64,000 nucleotides of DNA from positions 1 through 64,000 of the forward strand of contig JAQGDQ010000961.1 of assembly GCA_030141605.1 (NCBI GenBank), given 5' to 3'. Position 1 is the first letter of the stretch, and every line of letters begins with the position of its first letter. Both the position numbers and the translations under genes were made by a program. Source of the stretch: Tubiluchus corallicola (taxonomy: Eukaryota; Animalia; Priapulida). This document shows, piece after piece, positions 1 through 15,559 of the stretch. The notes under the pieces are model-generated. The model made no database searches. It was given only the letters and a program-made list of their open reading frames with translations, and was not told the origin of the DNA.

Positions 1-715
1 GAAGCTAATGTATAAAGCAATAGAACATGTTGCAACTGATCAGTGTGGTACACTGCATGGATGTATAAGTAAAACGTTTAACACAGCAAATACTAAAAAA
101 TCCGTTACTTATTGGATGCCTGAGCTTCGAGAAAATTTCAGTTTGTATGTAAAGCCAGGTAAAGTGTAGCATCTGCTATCCAAACGATCTACTAACATGT
201 TACTATAACAAATCATAGCGCAAAAAAATTGCGCACGTCTATCTTAAAGAAATCTGCAAACTGCCAAAGTTTGGCACAGTATTGAAAATTTAAAATATGC
301 AAATATGAGTTCTTCATTTGCATAAAATTACGACAAAACAGTGTACATCCGTTTCATAATGTGCGTTTTTTTGAAAGTTGCATTAAGTTTCACTTTTCTT
401 GTCCTTTAACACACAAGGGTATTAAAGTATAATGTTAACACACTCATGCTCGCAAAAAACTGGAAGACACTTTAACAATATCGTTTTCCTGTAGTAGAGC
501 TACACTCAAAGACAGCATAGTGTTTTCTGACAAGGCAAATAACTGTTTTTAGCACATTATTTTCAAAAATAGTATTTCTCTTCTTACGTTACTGATGCAA
601 GTTGGAACACAGAACATCATGTCAATGAAGCTTGCCCGTTATGCACAAAATATAAATCACAAAAAAAGCTTCTTGTAAGTTGCAGCCAAAATAGAATGCT
701 CCAATCAAACTTGTT

Positions 716-1900
716 CTACTTAGCAGAATGCGTCTTGCCAAGTGTTTGGTTACATTCTACACATGCAGAGAGTCTGTGTGGTGCTTTATATTTTGGCATT
801 ACCTGCAAGGAAAATGGGGTGACAGAAGATGACTAGACATTTGTATGGCATGGTCGCCCAGATCCAATCCTATTGCGGCCTCCACCAACCATTTTCCTGT
901 GTGCCCTTGCAGTAGGTTGGACACCAATGGACTTTGCACCAACAAGCATTCTCTTTTTTTTCTTGTTTCCAACAGCTTCAGCAACTCTAGCACACTTCCC
1001 AAAGCAATGAAGGGCAGATGCCAAGGCAGAGTCTGTGGACAATTTCTGTGATTGCTTGACAAATGTTCGTATTGGTTTGGCCAGAAACTCTTTGTTCGAA
1101 ATGTACCTTCCTTTCAGGATTTCAAATGCACCATCAAGTTCCTTGATGACAGGATCAACCTTTTCCTTGTCAACCACTTGATTGCTTCCCTGTGCACATG
1201 ACTGTTCTGCACTGCTGTTCCCCTCATCTTGTTTGTCTTGCTGCACTGCCATGTCATGATCTGCTGCATCATGAACCTGGAATGTGGGAGTGAGCATGGT
1301 TGGGGAAGTGGTGGTAGAAGGCTGCAGAGACTGAAACCAACTGTCTGGGAGATTGTTAGCATCTCCTCCTGTGGCGACCTTGTACAACAAGCAATGCATC
1401 GCTGGATCGTGTACTGGTATGAAGTTCCAGGTCGACAAACCAAACTTCTTGATCACCAGAAATTGGTGCTTGCAGGGACCTCCTGTAACGAAAACAGTAA
1501 TGTGAATATCATAAATGTGAATCATCACAAAATTGCACTTGCACATAAAAGTTGACATGAAAAGAATTTCCTTATCTGTTATTTTCTTCAATTGCTAGCA
1601 AGATAAAAGTGTTAACATCTTTTTGGACCACCCTGTATTTACAAAAAGTATTTACCTGTATTTCCCATCTTGCAAGAGCACATTCCAACATCCATATCGA
1701 CTGAGTACATAACACTTGGGTCCTTCTCACTTCGCCATCTTGCTCTGAAGCGCCCCTGAACAACGTAGATGCTGATTGGTTAATGCAAATGAGGGACATC
1801 TGTCTGGAACTCGGTGGCAAAAAAAATTTTCGCGTACGGGACAACGATTCCAGATAGCAAAAACTGTGTCATTGTTTGGTATTCGAGGAGATGATTAGTT
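716..1900 (-). pseudogene. Decayed Mutator-like (MULE) transposase C-terminal part with SWIM zinc finger
   Basis: Splicing a GT-AG intron at 1655-1483 joins YSVDMDVGMCSCKMGNTG to GPCKHQFLV (SWIM CxC-xn-CxH). ORF 833-1591 continues through an in-frame TAG (835-833) to PHRLSACVECNQTLGKTHSAK* at 716. The upstream part is frameshifted. Confidence 0.7.
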
Positions 1901-1915
1901 TCAGCTTTCACACAG

Positions 1916-2235
1916 TCAACCATAAAAAAGCACTATTGCTTTACAAGGTGTGTCCGAATCACACGACATTTGGCCATTCAAAACGTCATTTACAGTGACT
2001 GTAGCCGCACCATTAGGTGATAAAGCCATTCGATCTATATGCACGTTTAGTAGTAAGGGCATGTGATCTGAACTTGTTAGCTCATAATTTACACAGATAT
2101 CTCCAATTAAAGAGCCCATAGCCATAGTACTAATTACATGGTCAAGCCATGTAGTTGACTTGTGGGCTACACTAACGAACGTAAATGAAGAACTTGGCAT
2201 TTTCACTACATCAGATATAACATAGTCATTAGCAT
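1916..2235 (-). mobile_element. Non-LTR retrotransposon (LINE) apurinic endonuclease fragment
   Basis: Translation FTFVSVAHKSTTWLDHVIST...SSDHMPLLL carries the T-W-L-D-H and S-D-H-x-P motifs of the APE domain C-terminus. Confidence 0.75.
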
Positions 2236-2256
2236 TACACTATAATTGTGTAAGAG

Positions 2257-3849
<1,593 letters not shown>

Positions 3850-5084
3850 TGGGTGACTGGGTTAGCAATGGGAGCTTTCACAGTGGCATAGATCTCTAGC
3901 TGATTCCTTACAGAAACTTAAGTAACAAGCTCTAAACCTAGCAGAATCCTTCTAAGCACACTCTATTCACAAACCATTCAGCATTCAGTGAAGTAGTTTG
4001 AAAGCACAATCAACCTTCAAAATCTTTCACACACAGCTCGTACTCAGCCCTCAAGTCTTTAGCAGCAAGATTATAAGAAACCAATGCAGAGAAACTTGGA
4101 CAACTACAGGTGACCCATTATCATCTCGAGATGTACTGTGATCAGACATGCTTTACGCAAGAAAACTGCGCCAAATGTAGGCCTAAACTGTAGAAGATAT
4201 ACGTGTGAAAGAAATCGATGACAGGTCTTAAAGAAAGACAAAGTAGCTGAGCGTTTAGCAAAAAAATTATCACGTTGTTAACAACAAAAATGGTGTCATT
4301 CATCAAGCACGTTAAGATAAAATTTTCGACAAACGTTCTTGTCTGAACAGCGTCCTATTCATTGTTGTCGCATAAGTCACAATAAAAATGCAAAACATTT
4401 ATTTACCTAAAAATAAAGGAAAGCATTTTTGTCATAACCTGAGCAGTCATTATTTTTTTACTTTATTTTCTGTGGCCTGGATTTTAGGCTGGCCATAAGG
4501 CATGTGCCTTGTTTGCCTAATAGATTAATCCGGCATTGGTTTTCAGTTCGTCTACCTTCGAGCTTTTTATGTCATTTCTAATGAACAACCTGACATGCCA
4601 TAGGAACTTTTACAAGCAGATAAATTTAGTTTCCTTTGGTTTTCGCACAGCCGTTATGTCACGAACTAGGTCGTTAACTTATCCTAGAAATAGCACTAAA
4701 GATTTCAAATGCAGTACCTGCTTAGTATGTTGTAGAAAGGAGAAAGCTACCAAAATTACCAGTCTTACGTAATCTCAGCTTAGTAGTTACATTAATGGGC
4801 AAAAGCATAAAAAAACGTATATTGGGTTAATTAAGGCTCACTGGAAGTTGCGTAGGATTAAGCGCTTTTGAGTTAAAAGGAAATAGCGGGTATTGAAGCA
4901 ACGCTGCGTAATGAATGACTTGTAGAAAAGTAATGAGAATGGAGCTTCGTGAGCACAATATTCTTGCATTTCCAAAATACTGATACTGATTTACCTTACT
5001 AGAAGGGTAGCCAGATTGGCTTCATTTGTGTTACCTAATTAAGTAGATATGTAGTTTGTTTACTATTTCATTAAAGTGTAGTTT

Positions 5085-5487
<403 letters not shown>

Positions 5488-6398
5488 CATAATTACCAAT
5501 TCTAATGCAATCATAAATAAAAACAAACGAGCATATAATATTAGACATAATTACAGTTTTTAAGATTACTTAATTTCGCACTCTTAAAAGGGTTCAGCCG
5601 AAAAGGTTCTGTGAACTGTAGCAAGTAAATTAAAAATAAAAATGCTTTTAGTTCAAGTACGTTTTGGTGGACGGAGCTTCACTAAACGCGAAACATTTGC
5701 AATAAAAATAACTGCTTTGCATAAATACGTGGCTACGAACTCGCAGATCAGAAAAGCGTGTTGCCATAATTTGATCCTATCTGCTAATCTAGTCATACAC
5801 GGCAAATAATCTATAGCATCTGTAAAATCTGTGAAACCAGGTGCGTATTAACCAATAGGCTAATTACGCTATAGCCTAGGGCGCCAAAGTTGGAGGGGCG
5901 TCACATTTTAGAAGAAATTCTTATTCTCCTCAGAAAACGTGTATACTTTCATATTCATGTAACGGGCGCATTTTATAACACACTACAGGCAGTTAGTGTA
6001 CACAGCTATTACATAAGTGATTATACAAGCCCGCTTGAACATAAGCGCTATGCAAACACATGTAATTATTATGCCCTCGCAGAAACAGGTTAATAGTGTT
6101 TCTAATACACCACAAGTAAATGTTTAAGCTGCTCATTACATAAACAACAATAAATTCACAATATAGATGGGTGAGACAGAACTATTGGCATAGAGAGTCG
6201 TAAAGTCTTGATACGCCCCTGTGTGAGACGCCGATCGTCTCGCAAAAATTTGCGCGCACGTGACAATTTTTGTACAAAGCAACTCTCGCACGGCAATAAA
6301 GTTTATGACGATTGCTTTTTATTGATCTGACTTGATTTTGTATGATGTAATTTTCTGCAGTGAGGGCGCTCACAGCAGCAGGGTGAATTTATATGCGC

Positions 6399-6559
6399 CA
6401 AAACTTTGAACTCGTTTAATAAAATTCTGCCTGCATCAAAGTTTGAAAGTTGTTGCATACTCAGATGTTGCCTCGTATGCAACAACTTGTATAGTATTAA
6501 AATTGCTGTTTTCAAACTTTGATGCACGCAGAATTTTATTAAACGAGTTTAAACTTTTG
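6399..6559. repeat. Near-perfect foldback inverted repeat (MITE-like)
   Basis: aactcgtttaataaaattctgcctgcatcaaagtttgaaa pairs with tttcaaactttgatgcacgcagaattttattaaacgagtt; inner hairpin agttgttgcatac/gtatgcaacaact. Confidence 0.85.
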
Positions 6560-6614
6560 TAATATAAGAATCAATAATGTGCGAACATTCCACCTGTTTC
6601 TATTTACTTTACAG

Positions 6615-7980
6615 GTGAGTTTTTGTGCAAGTTTGTCAACGCGCTACCGATTTTCATCATCAACGTTGGCATCTACTCACTGGTGGCCATTTCGTTCGAG
6701 CGAAAGCGCGCCATCTGTTACAGCACGAGTCGTAAACAACAACTGAAGAAACGTGACGTCATGTCCATTGTTGCTGCCATCTGGTTTTCGTCTGCTATAA
6801 TTGCTGTTCCTTCAGCCGTCGAGTACAAAGAATACGAAGTCACTCACGACAACGACACACACATAAACTGCGGATCACACGGCGTGCCACAAGAGTATGG
6901 TCCCATCAACGGGTGGTGCATCCTTATGGTCACTTATGTTGTGCCGCTTATTGTCATGATTTTAAACTATTCGCGTGTAGTTCGATTTGTCATTGCCAAG
7001 TCAAAACAGGTCAGTCCCACTGAACAACAAAACGGACTAAAATCATCTGTGGTATCAAAGAATAGAGTGAGAATAATCAAGATGTTGGTACTGGTGACGA
7101 TCATTTTCGCCCTCTCATGGCTGCCATATTTTTCTTTGTTGATTATCATAGTAAGTGAAACTAATATTGCTCACACTGAAACGGTTTACTCTGATTGACA
7201 ATACATACTTAGTTTGTCTGTTTAGCTTGCTCACTAGAGCATTTATTAACAATTGCTCAGCGTATTTTCTTTCGACAAAGACAAAAATGCTCCTACAAAT
7301 ATTTCGTAACTACTAACGAGTCTTAAGTTAATGGTGCGCTCTAATTGGTCAGAATGATGCATTTTGAAGCAATTTCGATTTAAAGCTAGTTTAAGACCAG
7401 TTAGAATAAACTGATTTAGTATTCCGCATCAGGTTGAACAGGATGTAGCATATGTGCAATAATGATACGTGTTGTTACACGACGATACTGATAACTTAAA
7501 TCTGTCAGCAAAGTATTAAAGCTACGCTACTACCAGTAATAGTTAGTAGTAATTATAATAAATTAGCTCATTGCTTGGTGATTAATTCTACTTTCTTTTA
7601 CACAGAAAACCACGGGTGCAGATGACAGCTCGCATTTTGATGGACCCCCTTCTTTTCTTCGCATTGTTCTGTCTACGTTCAGCACGGTCTACAACTTCGT
7701 CATCTACATTGTCTACAACAAGATATTCCGCGACGGTTTTTGCGAAATCTACTGTAAAAATTGCACACGTCTGGCCACCGTCCACGCCTCTGAAATCAGT
7801 TCTATATACAACACTCACACACCTCGCTCAGTGAAACCCGACCACAGTCGTCGCAGTGGTCACCAAAATAGTACTCTATCCCCGCACGATCCAAGAACTT
7901 CAAAGAACTTACAGAACTCCCAGAACAGTTCTCTTACGCCAAACACTTCCATTAAAAACATTCTGAGACCCAGATCATAA
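6615..7980 (+). CDS. Rhodopsin-family (class A) GPCR, peptide-receptor-like; last two coding exons 6615-7150 and 7606-7980 (5' exons not found in window)
   Basis: tttacag|GT GAG acceptor; GEFLCK (TM3 Cys), AISFERK (DRY position), IWxxSxxxAxP (TM4), YVVPL (TM5), FALSWLPY (TM6); ATA|gtaagt donor; cacag|AAA acceptor in phase 0; TM7 STVYNFVIYIVYNKIFR; TAA at 7978-7980 with AATAAA ~7990. Confidence 0.9.
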
Positions 7981-8146
7981 GTGTGGAGGAATAAATAAAA
8001 TAGAGACGAAAGAGAATGTTCATCAAAAGGACAAAGACACTGGGACAACAGACATGTTTTATAATACAGTCCAAATGATTTACTAAGTAATTTATAAGCG
8101 AGTTTCGGATAGAAAAATGGAGTTCTTGTACTTCATTTACTGAATA

Positions 8147-8591
8147 CAGTCAATCTCGGGTATAAGGTACTCGTTTATAAGGGACCACCAACACCAGTCC
8201 CGATTTTTCGTAATGTTTTTCCTATGTAAAAATCTTGTATGAAGTACTCGGATATCGGTTATAAGAGACGATATCTTAAGGTCCTGCGTAATAGAAACCC
8301 AAGGTAAATTACCTCGCATATAAGGGACCCTATGATCAAAGCGAAATCGATCAATTTTACATCTCAATTTTTTGCAAACTCGGTCTTCAAACAACTCGGT
8401 TTCCGCGGTCACATACATCTCGCATCACTGAAGGAACTTCCTACATACCGTTTGCACTGAATGTGTAGCAATAATCCATAAAAATATGGGTAAAAGTACA
8501 GGTCCAGATACACCCTCGGTCTGACTCAACCTCGGCTATAAGGGACGGTTTTTTCCAGTCCGAAGGTGTCCCTTATATCCGAGGTTGACTG
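8147..8591. mobile_element. Tigger/pogo-like MITE
   Basis: TIRs cagtcaatctcgggtataagg / ccttatatccgaggttgactg flanked by TA on both sides. Confidence 0.8.
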
Positions 8592-9149
8592 TACCCCAAA
8601 AAACAAAGAAGGTAATAAAGTATCCCTGGCCAGAAGCAAAAGAGACAACTCTAATTTGGAGACACCGAACAATATTGTTTAATTAAATTTGATTTAGATA
8701 TTGTCACTTTATTTAGATATCTCACTATCACATGATACAATACACATCACATTCAATTCACAGTGTCTTCATGGCAGTTCTTGCTAAGCACAGTTACACA
8801 AAGTTGTCCAGTTTTATACAAAAACTGTTAGTATACAGAAGCATTATCAAGTTTAAACGAATGCAGCACCAAAGCAATTCTGTTTTGGTGTCAAAATCCA
8901 CAGCAACCTATAGCCGGGAACTAAACTTTCATTATATGTACCAAAATTCAGCATTAGTCTGTCAAATTCAGCACCCAACGAGATTGTAAAATATAGAAAA
9001 CTACATGTACAGACATGTTGGATACTGTCATTGATGAAACTCGAGTTTTGATTAATGGGTTACGGGGTTACCCAAATGCATGTATAGTATTTGCTTTGAG
9101 TCATGGAAACAATAAATAAATTAGTATGAATCTGACTGTCTATGAACTA

Positions 9150-10245
9150 CATTCAGCAAAGACCCCGAATTCGTAAGAAAAACCTCTTCAATAAGCCTTT
9201 TCACAGTTCCAGCGATTGACGATGATTGTGAAAAGGCTAAAGGTTAAATGTACCAGACAACGCATTTGTGTACACTTGATAACGCCACGCAGCATAAAGT
9301 TATTGTAATAGTAAAAATTTTAACAGCTAGCTAGAACTTTACCTACACCTTTTCTCGTTTCCAAGCAAGATTCTGCTTGTAAATCACTCCAGTAATAATT
9401 AAGTAAAGTCCATGCAGAACAACTAAAGTTATCGAACTGATGCTTTGCTTTACGCACACGAAACGTGACGGTTGCAGTTAAAACTCGTTGCTGTGGTACA
9501 TTTAACCTTTGAGCTATAGCAACTGCGCATGCGCACAATGAAACTGCGAAAAAGCTTACTAAGCTAATAAACACACATGTAGTAGGGGTGAGCACTCTAT
9601 TTACCAGAAAGCAAATTCGATTCGAATCGAATCGAATTTGCAACTTTCGAACCTGAATCAAACCAAATTTCGAAATTCTGAATTCGAATTCAGCTGTCAA
9701 TATTTTCAAATCATTAATAAAAAGCAGTTTCAGAAAGATCAAGCGAGGTGTGCTGCATACGTTTCAATGTGCGTTGAAGTGCTGAATTATTGGAATCTAT
9801 AATTTTAGGTTTCAATCAAATTTGAACGAAAAGAACTCGTACGAATCGAATTCGAACTTTCCTATAACCCTTCTCACAGTTCCAGCGATTGATGCCGATC
9901 ACGGAAAGGTCAAAGGTTAAGTGTACACTTGACAACACCTCGCCGTCCATGCTGTTGTAATAATAACAGTCGTAACAGCTAGCTAGAACTTTATCTAGTT
10001 CATTTTTTCCTGTTCCCAAGCAAGCTTGTGCTAGTAAATCACTCTACGCACAGACTAATGCATAATCAAGTAAAATCGACGTAAAACAACTGAAGCTGCC
10101 GACGGCTTTGCTTTACCTACTTGTCATGAGAAGCTTGTAGTTAAGACGCGTTGCTGTAGTACACTTAATCTTTGACCCGCAGCAGCACGTGCGGACAACG
10201 AAACTGTGAAAAGGCTTATTCGATTCGATTTGATGCCCACCCCTA
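9150..10245. mobile_element. Two diverged copies of a TTCGAA-rich non-autonomous DNA element (related copy at 31163-31507)
   Basis: 9200-9560 and 9870-10220 are alignable (cacagttccagcgattga..., aacagctagctagaacttt...); terminus taggggtgagca at 9583 and cacccctaa at ~10240; similar termini at 31163/31507. Confidence 0.6.
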
Positions 10246-11469
10246 ATGAAAAGGCTGGCGTACGCCACAGAAGGTTATAGGAGATTACATTAAACAAGCA
10301 AAACTTAGACTTAAGGCAAAAATCGTAGGGACCTACTGGCAATCGAGCAAAGTAAATATGCAAGTACATCCTCATGTTAAAATAGAAAATCTTCTGGTAG
10401 TGTCTTCTGGTAGCATCCATGATAATTACAAAACCAACTGTGTATAAACATTAGCCTACACATCACAAACTAACTAAAGCCTTTAAAAGAACACGCATTA
10501 GTTTCGCATTATCTCGTAATGCGTCATTAAATAGCTTTTACCCGACATGCATTAAGTCTCAAAGCATCTAAAATGTGTCATTTAGATTCTAAATGATTTA
10601 ATGTGACATCAAAATGTCAAAATGGATGCTTGCGGAACCCCTTCAAATTTGCAAGTCTTCGTAAATCACAAATGTACTGCATTGACACGCTACAAATTGT
10701 TAATGAATACACATGTACTTAAAGCATTACGTGCGATGCATCTAATCACATAGTGTTTTAACCACGAACACATGATCAAACATTAGTGTACGAACATTTT
10801 AACTAATTTTGTACATTTGACAACAATATAATTATTTTTTAATATTATAACAGTACTGCTTGCAGCATTTAACTCTGACAGACAACTTGTGAGCACAAAA
10901 CTGCCACAAACGTTTGATAAACAAAACTGTAGTCTAGAAGTAGCAACTCTTCAAAAATATTTATAACAATGTTTATCTGTTAGTTAACTAATGTTTCTAA
11001 CTACATTCTTAACATTTTCGAAGAGTTTTAGTTGAATGCATAACACCTTTATATAACATTTACATTCTGCAAGTAAAATCAATAAAGAAAATTTAATTTT
11101 TCCAGGACCACACGACCACTTTGCAAACAACATACACAGCAAGCATCACTGTTATGCAACACAGTGTATATAATTCACATAAATTTACAAAACTACATAC
11201 AGAAAAGTCATTCCTGTGTGAATTCACTATACAACAGGTTATACAACGTCCTGTGAGATCGTAAGTATAAAAGTATACATATAAATTTACAACGAGTTGA
11301 ATTAAAGGCTTGTTATGGTTACGTAGTGATACCAGTTAAATAGGTTGTGAAACTCGAGCATTTCGCGAATCCTTTCACAAGATATCCTATGGAAAACTAT
11401 GGTTATCATATAGTTTATTGGTTCCTACGCCATAGTAATTCGGGATAGAGGGACAGCTGAATGGATCAT

Positions 11470-11525
11470 AAAGCGTACAACTTAAGCAACACCGGGCAAG
11501 GTTAGTAAATAACTGGGTGACCACG
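11470..11525 (+). pseudogene. Degenerate 5S rRNA-derived fragment
   Basis: ttaagcaacaccgggcaaggttagtaaataactgggtgacca resembles the 5S A-box to C-box segment seen intact at 17918-18036. Confidence 0.5.
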
Positions 11526-11672
11526 AAAACTTCTGCGATTTCATCTAATACATTCCTCGACTATAACAACTCTTGATTTTGAGATGAGGCACAGGCATAT
11601 GTAGATATCTTGTCTAAATTTTACACGTAGTTTTACATTTTACATTTACACAACAATTAGTTCATGAAGCAG

Positions 11673-11932
11673 ATTAGGGTTGGGTCAGGATTAGGTTTGG
11701 TTTAGGATTAGGGTTAGGCTTGGGGTCAGGATTAGGTTTGGTTTAGGATCAGGGTTGGGTCAAGATTAGGGTTTGGGTTAGGATTAGGGTTGGGGTCAGG
11801 ATTAGGTTTGGGTTAGGATTAGGGTTAGGGTTGGGGTCAGGATCAGGATTAGGGTTTGGGTTAGGATTAGGGTTTGGGTTAGGATTAGGGTCGGGGAGAG
11901 GGTTAGGTTTGGGCTAAGATTAGGATTAGGGT
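11673..11932 (+). repeat. Degenerate interstitial TTAGGG-like array (TTAGGG/TTAGGA/TCAGGA/TTTGGG variants)
   Basis: Directly visible. Confidence 0.85.
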
Positions 11933-12183
11933 ATTTAAACTGTGTGGGGATTTGTAAACGCTCTCCGATAACTTGGCCAGGTCGACTATGGTGGTCTCAT
12001 TGTGTTCTTAGATGACTTAGGTTCAAGATCTTCTGCAACCGATAAGTCGGCCAGTTGTTGAGTGTTGGATGCTGGGCAGCAGAGTGTCAAATGCATAAAA
12101 AACTGCACATTGTTTTAACAGAAAGCACCAAACTTCTGATTTATAGTCGAAATCAATAGACGGCAACAGCAAACATTTCTAAA

Positions 12184-12277
12184 ATGGTGCTATCAAGTAC
12201 CATCTTGAAAGTGGTGCTATCAAGAACCATCTTGAAAGCGGTGCTATCAAGTACCATCTTGAAAGCGGTGCTATCAG
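12184..12277. repeat. 27-bp tandem repeat, ~3.5 copies
   Basis: ggtgctatcaagtaccatcttgaaagc repeated. Confidence 0.9.
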
Positions 12278-15052
12278 GGCCGAACTGTTAATGACTTAAA
12301 GAAAAGGAAAAGTCTTCTGGAAAGTTGGGCTTATTTCAACATTCGCAAAAAATGTTAGAAGGATTTAGTAACAAAACTACAATAAGCGCCTCGTGTAATT
12401 AGTAAAATCACATTAAAGTCTCAATCACTTCACGCTTGGGCGCTCCCATTTTCAATGCCCATTTTTCTTCCAATGACGTCATTCATCCGGAAGAAAAGTA
12501 ACACACTATCAGGCGTCGTCAAAAGTGTAATGAGTTTTAACAAAAACACTTGGTAACATTTTTGCGTGAATATTAGGCAAGCTGCAGAAGTATGAAGGCA
12601 GCAACCACCACAAAGCCTGAAAATTTATATTCAGAGGTGGTATATTTTAGATGGTCTATAGAAAGTTTTTTTTACAAATTTCTTTGTTATATTCTACTAC
12701 ATTTGAGTGATAACAGTAAAATAAACCCAACATACTGAGTGACTTGTTCTATCCTTTAAGTAGTTATACTGAGCGATAATGCTGTAGCTTCACTAAGAGT
12801 GCAAACGTGGGGAGTATTAATACAAAAGTACAACAAATTTCGTGCAATCACTGTAACTTAAACAAATACTGGACTAAGTTGTGCTGAAATAAGGGAACTA
12901 AAATAAATGTAGACCAAGTTTCATCTCCCTAACCATGCTGCTTCAACACCAAACTCCGAATGTATCAGTCAAGCCTCATAAACAATCATTAATAAGAAAA
13001 CAAACAAACAAACAAACAAACAAACGTAAAACACATGCTCACTAATGCCATCATAATATTCAATATGCCTCTATTTATAAGTATTAGGAGGCTAGATTAC
13101 AGCAAGTGCAAATTACAGAGAAAATGAAGACTAGATGTTGCAGAAGTAATAATTCTTTCAACCAAAATAAATCTAACTTTACCAAATGCAGTAAGGCAAC
13201 AGTTTGTACATAAACCAGGCATATGTCAACAATTCTGATGAAATATTGGTTTATCGCAACAACGGATGAAAGCACCACACTGTAACCTCCACATTGTCAT
13301 TATTTTGGCTAGAAGAAACATTGCTTCTACAACAGTGAGACCAAACTAAGTATCAACAATATTAGAGGACTAGATATTTCAACAAAAGTAAACTCTGGTG
13401 CAGCATAAGACAACGGCGATCAAATACACCGTTTTTGTAGAATCACAGAGATTCATCTTGTTTTCCACTTTGACTGGGAACTATAAAACGAGCTACAAGA
13501 ATTTACAAATTTTAAACAATAACTTTTTCGAAAAGTAACACTAGAAAATTTAAGCATAATTTGCTAAATAGTGAACTTTGCAGAATAGGCATTTGCCTGT
13601 GAAATACCAACCTCACATCATCGAGCAACAATTTGGAATAGAATGAAATTAAACCAACAAAAACTAAAATCTATCAGACATCTACATATAAAACAATACA
13701 GCTTTATATACATATAGTTACGTAAATGCATTTAACGTATTTTATCTTCGTAAAGATATCAAAAACATCTGAGCAGAGTAGATTTTTAGCTAACCAAATC
13801 TAGAATCGCTATCTAGCTACATGAGATGGCTATTTAATTCCTTCAGGATCGCACCATTCAAAATAGCTCTTATAAAACCTATGACTTTTCTGCTACTGTA
13901 TGAGTACAGACATAACTAAATAATTACAAATTAGGTACTGTTCTATTCAGGAGAATCTCGGCTATCCAATCATGCTATTTGTTTAAACACTTATAAGTGA
14001 TGTAATTGGATAACATTAAGAAAAACATGCCCTTTTCAGGCACTTCAACTTAGCTTATTGAGTAGCTTAGTCTGGTGTACACTTGTGTGATTGTACACAC
14101 TATTTTATTGATCGCCTGTTTTCTACAGCCCAAGAGAACCCCCTGCTGTACAGAGTGCAAGGAAAAACCATCAGATCAGCCAAGGACAAATTAAGGTAAT
14201 TTCAACGTTTAACAGGAATTTCTCCTTAAAAATAGAGTAGTATCCAGAGTGTTGTGTTTGGATAATTGAAATTTTATGCATTAGCGGATTTCACACAAGT
14301 GATACTGTACATTATTACAGTACAAACACTGCAGTTGTTGCAACCCTTTTTCAATTTGTCTAAGGTAAGCAGATGCCTGGCATATATAATTTTGAATGAA
14401 AATCCATTGTGCGAGAAATAGAAACTTACAAAAATTATCAAATGTAACATAACTGCTGGTTAGTGAGAGCAGTTTTTCATGAATGCAGAAAAACGCTTAC
14501 GGTCCTGAAGGAGTTAACTTTGAGACATTAAAAATGACAGACGGTCACTGATGTTACTGCCTACTGCTTTTCAGCAGTGGCATTTTTGTTACGAAGCACT
14601 GGTGTCACTAATCACAGAATATACAATCAAAACAACAAAACATTCTAGCATAACAAAATACAGTAAACACTCACTCAACGATTGCATTTCTAATTTCACT
14701 CGTTGCAAGCAAAATATTATTTTACATTTTAGCTTACAACATTTTTGTATTAAAATGGCTCACTACATCACAGGAGAAACAAAGTAAACAAAATCAGATT
14801 AATTAAACCTCTTCCTCAGAGTTAACCTAACTGTGCAGAATTACTAAGATTTTGTGGTCCTTGCAAGTGCATACAATATCTTAATCTTTCGACAAACACA
14901 CTTCAGTGAACACTAACTAATATTTAAACACTAAACAGGTGATCAAATAAAAGCTCACAGACATGTTTTCAGATCATATGTAGCAAAGACATTATTCCTT
15001 CTTGATCTAAAGACTAAGAAAGGAAGAAGGAAAGCGTTGTATGAACTATAAT

Positions 15053-15559
15053 GGCGAGTTCAGATTAGAGGGTTTTCTCTCAACAGTTTTCTCTGAGAGT
15101 TCTCAGTTCTATTCGTTGCGAGAACTCTCAGAAAGAACTCCCGAGAAAGCTCCCAGAAAGAACTCTTAGCGAGAACTCCCAGAAAGAACTCTCAGACAGA
15201 ACTCCCAGAAGGAACTCTCAGAGAAAACTCGCAGAAAGAACTCTCAGAGAAAACTCCCAGAAAGAACTCTCAGAGAGAACTCCCAGAAAGAACTCTCAGA
15301 CAGAACTCCCAGAAAGAACTCTCAGAGAGAACTCGCAGAAAGAACTCTCAGAGAAAACTCCCAGAAAGAACTCTCAGAGAGAACTCCCAGAAAGAACTCT
15401 CAGACAGAACTCCCAGAAAGAACTCTCAGAGAGAACTCGCAGAAAGAACTCTCAGAGAGAACTCCCAGAAAGAACTCTCAGAGAGAACTCCCAGAAAGAA
15501 CTCTCAGAGAGAACTCCCAGAAAGAAATCTCGAGAGAACACTCTCTAGCCTGAACACGT
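15053..15559. mobile_element. TIR-bounded element with internal 26-bp (2x13) minisatellite, just 3' of the MAT stop
   Basis: Imperfect TIRs gcgagttcagattagagg / ctctctagcctgaacacgt; array agaaagaactctcagagagaactccc at ~15120-15535. Confidence 0.7.
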
